Below are positions 38,133 to 45,373 of a DNA stretch of 64,000 nucleotides, piece after piece. The notes under the pieces were generated by a model. The model saw only the letters and a program-made list of their open reading frames with translations, was not told the origin of the DNA and ran no database searches. The stretch spans positions 77,882 to 141,881 of the forward strand of contig JAIVHO010000002.1 of the NCBI GenBank assembly GCA_020201035.1. The letters are read 5' to 3'. The stretch's first letter is position 1, and every line of letters starts with the position of its first letter. The translations under genes were made by a program, and so were the position numbers. Source of the stretch: Bacteroidales bacterium. GTDB taxonomy: Bacteria; Bacteroidota; Bacteroidia; Bacteroidales; VadinHA17.

Positions 38133-40331
38133 TTATTCCTCAGATAATTCTCTTTTAAGGAGGTTGACTCGTATCGAGCTGGGGTACTCCCTGCTGTTAT
38201 ATATTCTGATAGTCGATTTAACAAAATCAGACTCGTTGCATTCATAGATATTTACAAACTGCTGTGGATTACGATCCACGAGCGGAAACCAGGAGCTCTG
38301 TACCTGCACCATAATCCTGTGTCCCTTTTTAAAAGTATGGGCCACATCAGGCATTGTAAACTCCACTTCGGTCACTTTGCCCGGAACAAACGGTTCAGGC
38401 TTTTCAAAGCTGTTACGGTACTTACCTCTGAATACCTCACCGCGGACAAGCATCTGGTAACCACCCAGTGGCACGTCAATGTCCTGACCTTCAACAGGTC
38501 TTGCCTGATCCGGGAAAACATCAATCAACTTTACAATAAAGTCGGCATCTGTGCCTGTCATGGAGACAAACAGATCGGCTGTGAGCGGACCGGTAAGCGT
38601 AATATCTTCTTCAAGGGGAGGAGAGGAGTAGACGGCCACATCGGGTCGACTAGAAGCAAATCTTTGATCGTCAGTCATATAGGAAGGATCTCTGCGTAAA
38701 TGGACATCCTCCCGGTAGGGAACCGGTCGTGCCGGATCAGAAACATATTCATAATAGCCACCGTCAATTCCAGGTAGTGTAAAGGAGAGAGAGCCGCTGC
38801 CGCCGAACCACAGGTTTTGTTCCGTTGCATCTGCAGGAGGCCATTGTTCAAACTCCTCCCACCTGTTTTCACCCGTAACAAACATAAATGCTTCAGGGTG
38901 ATCGTAATCGCCACCCTCCTTTAGGTAACGATTGAAAAACTTCATTTCAAGGTTCTGGAAATCCGGATTAGCATCGGTGTTCCAGTACATATCTCCCATA
39001 TTGCGCGCCTCTCCGCCTGCCCATTGCCCGTGTGACCAGGGACCCATTACCAGAAAGTTGGGAAGTGTTGAACTGTTCTGTTTCTCAAGTGACTTGTATG
39101 TATTCAGTGTACCCCACAGGTCCTCTGCATCAAACCACCCCCCGACAGTCATTACGGCCGGTTGAACGTTCTTCAGATGCGGTCTGGGATCCGTGGCCTT
39201 CCACCAGTCATCATAATCGGGATGTTTCATCAGCTCGTGCCAGTAGGTAACACTTTCAGGAAATAACCTTCCAATATTTTTCAGGGTTCCCATCTCCAGA
39301 TAAAACTTGTAGCTGTCCTGCATTCCAAACTGAAACAGTGCAGGAGAATTGCTTCTGGTTGGATTATCCTGAGGGTCCCCGAAGCTGTTGTAGAAGCTTG
39401 TTCCGTCAATCAGGAAAAATGCACCATTATGATGCCAGTCGTCGCCAAGAAACCAGTTGGTCACCGGAGCCTGCGGTGAGACGGCCTTAATAGCCGGGTG
39501 CCTGGCCAGTATTGCCATGGTGGCATAGAATCCGGGATAAGAGATCCCTGTAACACCAATACGGCCGTTATTAAACGAAACGTTGTTAATAAGCCATTCG
39601 GCAGTATCATAAGTATCCGTTGCCTCATCAATCACACCTTTACCTTTCTTCTCAATATAAGGCCTGACGTTTACAAATTCCCCTTCACTCATATACCTTC
39701 CCCGCACATCCTGGAAAACAAGTATATATCCCTCCTTGAGATAGCGGTAATAGGCTGTGACAAAATAGTTGTATGACTCTTCAGAAGGCTCTGCATTATA
39801 TGGAGTTCTGAATAGCAGTACCGGCATAGGTCCCGAGATTTCCACGGGAGTGTATATGGAGGTAAAGAGCTTTACTCCGTCCCGCATCTCAATATAAACC
39901 TCCTCCTTCTTATAGTTCTCTCTTATTGATTGAGGGTGATCCTCATCCTTTGCAACAGGCTCACGGCCAAACCTCATCATCTCATTTATTGTCCCCTGTT
40001 TGAAGTAGCCTATGATGCTGGTATATGCAGGATCCGTTATCCCGGTAAAACTGAATCCCGAGGGGATAAACTCAAATTCAAATTCTGCCCCCTCAAGAGT
40101 TACAGTGGAGAGAGGGATATTTAAAGCGCCCTGTTCAGGCACATCAAAGGTTCCGGTTACAGTACCGTTTTCCTCACTGATATTGATTACAAACTCAAAC
40201 GGGATACCCTGGATATCCAGTGAGCTGTACCATTTACCGGCCACTGACTGGGATGAAAGATTCATGGAGGCAAAGAGTAACATCAGGGCAGTAAATGCAA
40301 TACTCCTAAAGGTTCTGGTTTTCATAGTCAA
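38133..40331 (-). CDS. secreted CocE/NonD-family hydrolase (S15 X-Pro dipeptidyl-peptidase-like)
   Basis: 732 aa, signal peptide. Nucleophile elbow GISYPGF. C-terminal beta-sandwich region typical of the family. Confidence 0.82.
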   Translation of the reverse strand: MTMKTRTFRSIAFTALMLLFASMNLSSQSVAGKWYSSLDIQGIPFEFVINISEENGTVTGTFDVPEQGALNIPLSTVTLEGAEFEFEFIPSGFSFTGITDPAYTSIIGYFKQGTINEMMRFGREPVAKDEDHPQSIRENYKKEEVYIEMRDGVKLFTSIYTPVEISGPMPVLLFRTPYNAEPSEESYNYFVTAYYRYLKEGYILVFQDVRGRYMSEGEFVNVRPYIEKKGKGVIDEATDTYDTAEWLINNVSFNNGRIGVTGISYPGFYATMAILARHPAIKAVSPQAPVTNWFLGDDWHHNGAFFLIDGTSFYNSFGDPQDNPTRSNSPALFQFGMQDSYKFYLEMGTLKNIGRLFPESVTYWHELMKHPDYDDWWKATDPRPHLKNVQPAVMTVGGWFDAEDLWGTLNTYKSLEKQNSSTLPNFLVMGPWSHGQWAGGEARNMGDMYWNTDANPDFQNLEMKFFNRYLKEGGDYDHPEAFMFVTGENRWEEFEQWPPADATEQNLWFGGSGSLSFTLPGIDGGYYEYVSDPARPVPYREDVHLRRDPSYMTDDQRFASSRPDVAVYSSPPLEEDITLTGPLTADLFVSMTGTDADFIVKLIDVFPDQARPVEGQDIDVPLGGYQMLVRGEVFRGKYRNSFEKPEPFVPGKVTEVEFTMPDVAHTFKKGHRIMVQVQSSWFPLVDRNPQQFVNIYECNESDFVKSTIRIYNSREYPSSIRVNLLKRELSEE

Positions 40332-40571
40332 ATAATTTTTGTGGATGTAATTTGCTCTTTAAAATGAATAATTAATACTTACCTGAACCGGTTTTAAAGC
40401 ACCGGCACATCTGCCGGAAGCTATTGTGACTGTTATACGGTCAATTATTATATGCCGGTTGTTCAGATTGGTTATTATTAAGGACGCATATTAAAGCTGA
40501 AAGTTGCAGACTTATCCATACAAAGTACAATCGGTATACCAGGTAATTATTCCGGGGTATAAAACTTTTTT

Positions 40572-41348
40572 CTACTTTTCAGGAAACCATGGGAAAAAGG
40601 AACTGGTTTTTCGGATATAATCCCGGTATTGTGGTTTCGTGGTTTTTAAGGATGTTTCAAGCAGGAATACCCCCGAGACCTTAATAATCAGCACTGTCAT
40701 TATTATTGATCCAATAATATGCCAGTAACCTCCGGCAGATATACTAAAAAGCGCATAGGCCCACCAGACAGCAGAATCTCCAAAATAATTGGGATGTCTG
40801 GTATATCTCCAGAATCCTGTACTAAGAACCTTTCCTCTGTTTCCGGCATCTCTTTTAAAACGTGACAACTGATAATCACCACCTGCTTCAAATGTAAAAC
40901 CAATAAGCCAGACCAGAATACCGATGTAATCCAGTATATTAAGATCATTTGAACGGGTACCTGTGCTTACTCCCAACAGGGGTAAAGAAACAAGCATTAT
41001 CAATGCACCCTGCAATAAAAAGGTCTGAAAAAAACTAAACCACCAGTAGCGCTGAGGGCCATATTTCCGCCTGAACTCCTGATACCTGAAATCTTCTCCT
41101 TTGCCAATGTTCCTGATGGCAAGGTATATGGAAAGCCTTAGTCCCCAGATTGATACAAGCACCAGTAACAGGATCTTTCTGGTATATAATTCGCCGGACG
41201 ATAATACATAGAAAATATTAACCACCACAAAAGCAAATCCCCAAAAGAGGTCGATTATACTGACATTTTTTATAATTATACTCCATACCCATAACAGAGT
41301 CACGAGAACCAAAACTATCAGTGATGCCTGTAAGAATAGAGTGACCAT
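40572..41348 (-). CDS. DUF1295 / steroid 5-alpha-reductase-like polytopic membrane protein
   Basis: Multi-TM protein. C-terminal GFWRYTRHPNYFGD motif. Start trimmed to ATG 41348 (MVTLFLQ..) to remove the 56-nt overlap with the upstream gene. Confidence 0.78.
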   Translation of the reverse strand: MVTLFLQASLIVLVLVTLLWVWSIIIKNVSIIDLFWGFAFVVVNIFYVLSSGELYTRKILLLVLVSIWGLRLSIYLAIRNIGKGEDFRYQEFRRKYGPQRYWWFSFFQTFLLQGALIMLVSLPLLGVSTGTRSNDLNILDYIGILVWLIGFTFEAGGDYQLSRFKRDAGNRGKVLSTGFWRYTRHPNYFGDSAVWWAYALFSISAGGYWHIIGSIIMTVLIIKVSGVFLLETSLKTTKPQYRDYIRKTSSFFPWFPEK

Positions 41349-41358
41349 CAGAAAGAAA

Positions 41359-43155
41359 TTAATTGTCGAACATAACTGAGATGGCGATGGATCCTTTCCC
41401 TGCATGCATGCCAATTACCGGAGAGATATCAACAACTGAAACCGGGTTTTTACCTGTCATCTTAAACATAACCTCTTCTGTTTCCAGTGCACCATTGGGA
41501 TTGTGAGCATGAAGTATAATGTAGTTCCATAAAGTCTTTCCCTTGCTGATCTTTCCGATATGCCTGTATATTTTTTGCAAACTGGATTGCTGACTGAAAG
41601 TTTTTCCGAACAGTTGGGATTTTCCATTCTCATCCATTGTAATAACAGGGTTTAAACCGAGGGTGCTGGCTATAAGCCCCTTTGGCCTGGAAACCCGTCC
41701 TCCTTTAATCATATATTTTAAATCCCGTACACTGACAAATATTTTTGTTTGATTCACATCATTTCTGAGGGATGCAACCAGTGATTCTACAGAACTGCCG
41801 CCCTCAATCTCCATGGCTGCTTTCAGTACAATCAAACCCAATGCTCCCGATAAACTTTTTGAATCGATAACATGAACAGGCTTGTTAAACTCTTGGGAAA
41901 TGCGGTTTCCTGCTTTTACACTATTTGCAAAAGTTCCGCTGAACTGGCTTGTTAAATGGACTGCAACTACAGCATCGTAATGAGAGGCCAGATGTGAATA
42001 TAAGTTGGTAAAGGTCTGTTCGTTTATTTGAGATGTTTTAGGAAATTCAGCATCTGTTTCAAGCAGGTCGTAAAACTGATTAGGTTGGATGGTTACTTTA
42101 TCCAGGTAATGATTGTCGCCAAAGTTCAGATTGACAGGAACGATATGAATCTGATAAAAATCGATCAGTTCCTGTGATAAATCGCATGTAGAATCAGTAA
42201 CAAGAGCAATATTCCACTTCCGTCGGGTAACTGCTTCCTGCTGCCGAAACATATCGTCCACTTTCTGATAGGTTATTGTTCCAATATCCTTAAGCTGATG
42301 AAAAAGTTCTGCCGGATGATTGGTGTGAACATGAATCCGACTAATACTTTCTGAGCCCGCAATCACTACTGAGTCACCGTTTTCGTTTAACCTGTTTTGA
42401 AGTTCTGATCTGCTGCTGATATTCCTGATAATCGCTTCGGTGCAGTAACGGTGGGTCAGCTCTTCATCTGTCAGCTCTTCGGAATGAATAAGGGATATGC
42501 TTTCCTGCGATTCAACAACCAGATTGCGGATATCCCTGGTTTTAATAAAATCGATGATGCCTTTAATAAAGAGCACAAAACCTTTTGCCCCGGCATCAAC
42601 AAATCCTGTCTTGTTTAATACTTTCAGCTTAAAGGTTGTCTCTGCCAGTGATTTTTCCAGCACTTCCAGAGAATCAACCATCACGTTTTCAAAATCGTGA
42701 ATAGCTTCTTTTTTGCTGCTGAGAAATTCGGACCACTCTTTAATTACCGTCAGCATTGTTCCCTCTACAGGATTGGCAATGGCTTCATAAATGTAAGGGA
42801 TTGATCTTTTTATACTTTCAGTAAATTCATGAAAGGTAATATTGGGTTTGTTAAGGGTTTCTTGACTCAGACCGTGTAAAAACTGAGCGAAAATAACACC
42901 CGAATTTCCTCTTGCTCCAATCAATGCAGCATCCGCTATATTATTTACAGTTGTTTTATATGATTTGTGCGGTTTGATGTTGTCAATAACCGAGCGAATT
43001 GTGGATGCAAGGTTTGTCCCTGTATCTTTATCGTTTACAGGAAAAACGTTTATCCTGTTTATTTCCAGCTGGTTTTGCAATATTTGATTGCCACCGGCGA
43101 TAAATGCATAGTAGAGGAGTTTTCCGTTTATAAGAGGGGTCTCAATATTATACAT
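41359..43155 (-). CDS. DAK2(DhaL)-domain / DegV-domain fusion protein (FakA N-terminal half fused to a FakB-like fatty-acid-binding domain)
   Basis: aa 1-205 carry DhaL/Dak2 motifs (DKDTGTN, GARGNSG, PVEGTMLTV, VDAGAKG). aa about 235-300 resemble the FakA middle region (YCTEAII...GDSVVIAG...IHVHTNHP). aa about 315-598 are DegV-like (IALVTDSTCDL, PKTSQ, FSGTF, VIDSKSLSGALG, KGGRVS). Confidence 0.85.
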   Translation of the reverse strand: MYNIETPLINGKLLYYAFIAGGNQILQNQLEINRINVFPVNDKDTGTNLASTIRSVIDNIKPHKSYKTTVNNIADAALIGARGNSGVIFAQFLHGLSQETLNKPNITFHEFTESIKRSIPYIYEAIANPVEGTMLTVIKEWSEFLSSKKEAIHDFENVMVDSLEVLEKSLAETTFKLKVLNKTGFVDAGAKGFVLFIKGIIDFIKTRDIRNLVVESQESISLIHSEELTDEELTHRYCTEAIIRNISSRSELQNRLNENGDSVVIAGSESISRIHVHTNHPAELFHQLKDIGTITYQKVDDMFRQQEAVTRRKWNIALVTDSTCDLSQELIDFYQIHIVPVNLNFGDNHYLDKVTIQPNQFYDLLETDAEFPKTSQINEQTFTNLYSHLASHYDAVVAVHLTSQFSGTFANSVKAGNRISQEFNKPVHVIDSKSLSGALGLIVLKAAMEIEGGSSVESLVASLRNDVNQTKIFVSVRDLKYMIKGGRVSRPKGLIASTLGLNPVITMDENGKSQLFGKTFSQQSSLQKIYRHIGKISKGKTLWNYIILHAHNPNGALETEEVMFKMTGKNPVSVVDISPVIGMHAGKGSIAISVMFDN

Positions 43156-43162
43156 AGCATTT

Positions 43163-43570
43163 TTAATTAATCCATTTAAAAATGTAAAACCCGGAGATAC
43201 TAACTATTGCAGAGAGAACCGTCCCCCATAAAATATCAATAAAAACTATTGGCAATGGCCACTCTTTAAGTGTGGCTAAATTAGTTAAATCATATGTTGC
43301 GTATGTAAAGAATCCAAACAAAGCCCCCATTATAACGGCGTAAAATACAGACCCTTTGTTAACTGCCGGGTAAATGGCAAATATCATAATTCCCACAACA
43401 AAGATGAGGTAGAAAATGAATGCTGCGGTCCAGTTAACCCTATCAGATAAGAAAGCGCCCAGATATTTCTGATACAGGTTTTTCGCAATAACTCCCAGCC
43501 ACAGCATATCTACCATTAAAAATACTATGAAAGTGAGAAAGTAGCCGATAATTATACTTTTTATATTCAT
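43163..43570 (-). CDS. DUF2177-family small membrane protein
   Basis: 135 aa, four predicted TM helices. The MVDMLWLG...YATYDLTN pattern recalls DUF2177. Confidence 0.7.
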   Translation of the reverse strand: MNIKSIIIGYFLTFIVFLMVDMLWLGVIAKNLYQKYLGAFLSDRVNWTAAFIFYLIFVVGIMIFAIYPAVNKGSVFYAVIMGALFGFFTYATYDLTNLATLKEWPLPIVFIDILWGTVLSAIVSISGFYIFKWIN

Positions 43571-43581
43571 CCGGGTTATTG

Positions 43582-43640
43582 TTAAATAATCAGTAGAAGT
43601 TAATCAATTAAATAATCAGTAAAAGTAAATCAATTAAATA
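43582..43640. repeat. tandem repeat, 26-bp unit x 2.3 (ttaaataatcagtagaagttaatcaa)
   Basis: Units at 43582 and 43608 (3 mismatches) plus a partial third. The repeat lies between the bcp stop and the DUF2177 start. Confidence 0.85.
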
Positions 43641-43697
43641 TTTTTTTTGGGAGATATGTTAAGTTAAGTATTGTAATCTTAAAACCAATAATAATTT

Positions 43698-44168
43698 CTA
43701 TCCGGTCTTTTTTAGCAGGAGACATATCTTCAGGGCCTCATCTGCATGGCGCTGTACTTCTTTCTGAGATTCGAAAACATACACTACCCTGGCTGAGCGG
43801 TCTGCTACATATGTTACCCTTCCCGGAATTAATCCGAAAATCTTTCCGGGAACACCGAATAGTTTCCTTACACTATTACCAGTGTCACTTAACAGGATGT
43901 AATTAAGCCTGTTTTTGTCAGCAAATTCTTTATGACTTTCAACCGACTGGCCGCTGATGCCTATAACAACTGCATCTGCCTCATCAAATACATCAGAGAG
44001 ATCCCTGAAATAGCAGGCTTCCCTTGTACAGTTCAGACTGCCATCCTGCGGATAGAAAAAGATAACCAGCTTTTTTCTGCCAATAACACTGTTTATATTA
44101 AATATACTACCGTGCTGATCATATAATGAGAATTCTGGTATCATGTCTCCGATCTGGATCCTTTTCAT
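43698..44168 (-). CDS. bcp: thiol peroxidase / peroxiredoxin Bcp
   Basis: 156 aa. FFYPQDGSLNCTRE matches the Bcp peroxidatic-Cys motif. Confidence 0.85.
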   Translation of the reverse strand: MKRIQIGDMIPEFSLYDQHGSIFNINSVIGRKKLVIFFYPQDGSLNCTREACYFRDLSDVFDEADAVVIGISGQSVESHKEFADKNRLNYILLSDTGNSVRKLFGVPGKIFGLIPGRVTYVADRSARVVYVFESQKEVQRHADEALKICLLLKKTG

Positions 44169-44191
44169 GCTTCTAAGGTTTTAACGAATAT

Positions 44192-44273
44192 AACCGCTTC
44201 GCTCTCGCATAATATTTTTTAAACACATTCTTTTGTGATATTTATGCTTAAAAAATATCATGTTCGTTTCATT
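44192..44273. repeat. right arm of 82-bp inverted repeat (partner 36771-36852)
   Basis: Its reverse complement differs from the left arm at 2 positions. The inner end lies 24 nt upstream of the bcp start codon. Confidence 0.93.
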
Positions 44274-44537
44274 CATTTTATCTATTAATGTTCAGGAAAA
44301 TTTTGGTTATAAAAATTTGTGCCTGCCTCAAATCGATGCAATTTCTAAAATTAATATTATATCCTCTGTTCTATACAAACTTTGTAATTAACTATTTACA
44401 CTATTTTTTCAAAATATGGTCCTTAATTTTGGAACTCAACATACATAAAGTTAAAACACTTTTATTAATAATTTGTTTACTGTTTCGTTTTTCCTGCTCC
44501 CGGGAGGCGGAAGCAGGCTTTCGCCGAAGCTGAAAAT

Positions 44538-44589
44538 AAAAAACCGGACACTCTCGTGTCCGGTTTCCTGGTGTGGGTAGTACTGGATT
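44538..44589 (-). repeat. 52-bp direct duplicate of the tRNA-Val 3' end (16 nt) plus its terminator hairpin; att-like
   Basis: aaaaaaccggacactctcgtgtccggtttcctggtgtgggtagtactggatt recurs at 44716-44767. Similarity stops exactly at ...ctggatt, inside the tRNA T-arm. Confidence 0.92.
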
Positions 44590-44713
44590 AACTTCGCTGC
44601 GCTCGTTGATCCATGGGGGGGTGGTGTTTCACAACAGGAAACCTCCATCGCTTCGCAATTTGCCGGTTTTTCTGTTGCTGCTTTTCGGAAACCGGGTTTC
44701 CTTCAGCACCAAC

Positions 44714-44741
44714 AAAAAAAACCGGACACTCTCGTGTCCGG
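44714..44741 (-). terminator. intrinsic terminator of tRNA-Val
   Basis: Perfect 8-bp stem ccggacac / gtgtccgg with a tctc loop, followed on the minus strand by T8. Confidence 0.75.
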
Positions 44742-44751
44742 TTTCCTGGTG

Positions 44752-44826
44752 TGGGTAGTACTGGATTCGAACCAGTGACCCCCTGCTTGTAAGGCAGGTG
44801 CTCTGAACCAGCTGAGCTAACCACCC
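44752..44826 (-). tRNA. tRNA-Val (anticodon TAC)
   Basis: Hand-folded cloverleaf: GGGTGGT/ACTACCC acceptor stem (one G-U pair), GCTC/GAGC D stem, CCTGC-CTTACAA-GCAGG anticodon arm, ACTGG-TTCGAAT-CCAGT T arm, discriminator A. The following bases are CACCA, so CCA is not encoded at positions 74-76. Confidence 0.9.
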
Positions 44827-44838
44827 GAAAAGCGTTTG

Positions 44839-44846
44839 CAAATATA
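44839..44846 (-). promoter_or_regulatory. candidate -7 box (TATATTTG) for tRNA-Val
   Basis: A perfect TAnnTTTG on the minus strand ends 12 nt upstream of the tRNA 5' end. Confidence 0.4.
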
Positions 44847-45373
44847 GAGCGAAAAATAATTAGAAGCAACCAAATTTGATCCCAATTTATGCTGACTGAC
44901 CAAAAAAAATGTAATCAGCAGTAATATAGGTCTATAAATATAGCTTCAAAGGAGGATTATTTATGTTTTTGACACTTTTGACTTAAAGACTTCACAGAGA
45001 GGATAATCCTGTGAGGTATCTCAGGTTTCAGGTGTGTTAAAATGCTAATAATCAGATATTAATTGAATGGCAAAAGGTTCAATGATTGTTTAGTAACACG
45101 GTGTTGAACCAGGCAACCTTCTGTATCAGTGAATAACTATTTAAAACTGAAATCAGGATCATCAATCATTTTTGCAACTTTTTTAATAAATTAACAGTCT
45201 TGATAATATGTTATAATGAGGCTCTGAACAGGATATTATGGAAATATTTATTTATTTTTAATGCCTGTAGATACTTTCATGAGTTCTCCTGTGTAAAAGG
45301 AGGAAAAAAATAAATTGCTTGCCAGCATAATACTGACAGGCAATAGCTTAAGAAAACTGAGAACCTAACTTAT

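Noticed and set aside
40572-41414. Full-length 280-aa reading of the DUF1295 ORF overlapping the DAK2-DegV gene by 56 nt
   Set aside because: The first 22 residues are non-hydrophobic and overlap the upstream gene. ATG 41348 starts directly at the first TM helix and removes the overlap.
44288-44533. 81-aa ORF in the AT-rich spacer between the IR arm and the att-like repeat
   Set aside because: Very AT-rich and hydrophobic by composition only (runs of I/L/F/K). It has no start context and ends in hairpin-forming non-coding sequence.
44590-44715. Possibility that the 126-bp spacer is a decayed second tRNA-Val copy
   Set aside because: Beyond the shared 16 nt there is no similarity to the tRNA body and no cloverleaf-compatible stems that I could fold by hand. 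It is kept as an alternative under the finding.
44747-44751. Encoded CCA end for tRNA-Val
   Set aside because: The bases after discriminator A are CACCA, so CCA is offset by two nucleotides. It is treated as not genomically encoded, consistent with a CCA-adding-type enzyme gene at 54801-56228.
36263-45373. Search for an integrase, transposase or recombinase associated with the IR-bounded block and the tRNA att-like repeat
   Set aside because: No ORF in this interval shows tyrosine/serine recombinase or DDE motifs. The region therefore cannot be called a mobile element from this window alone.
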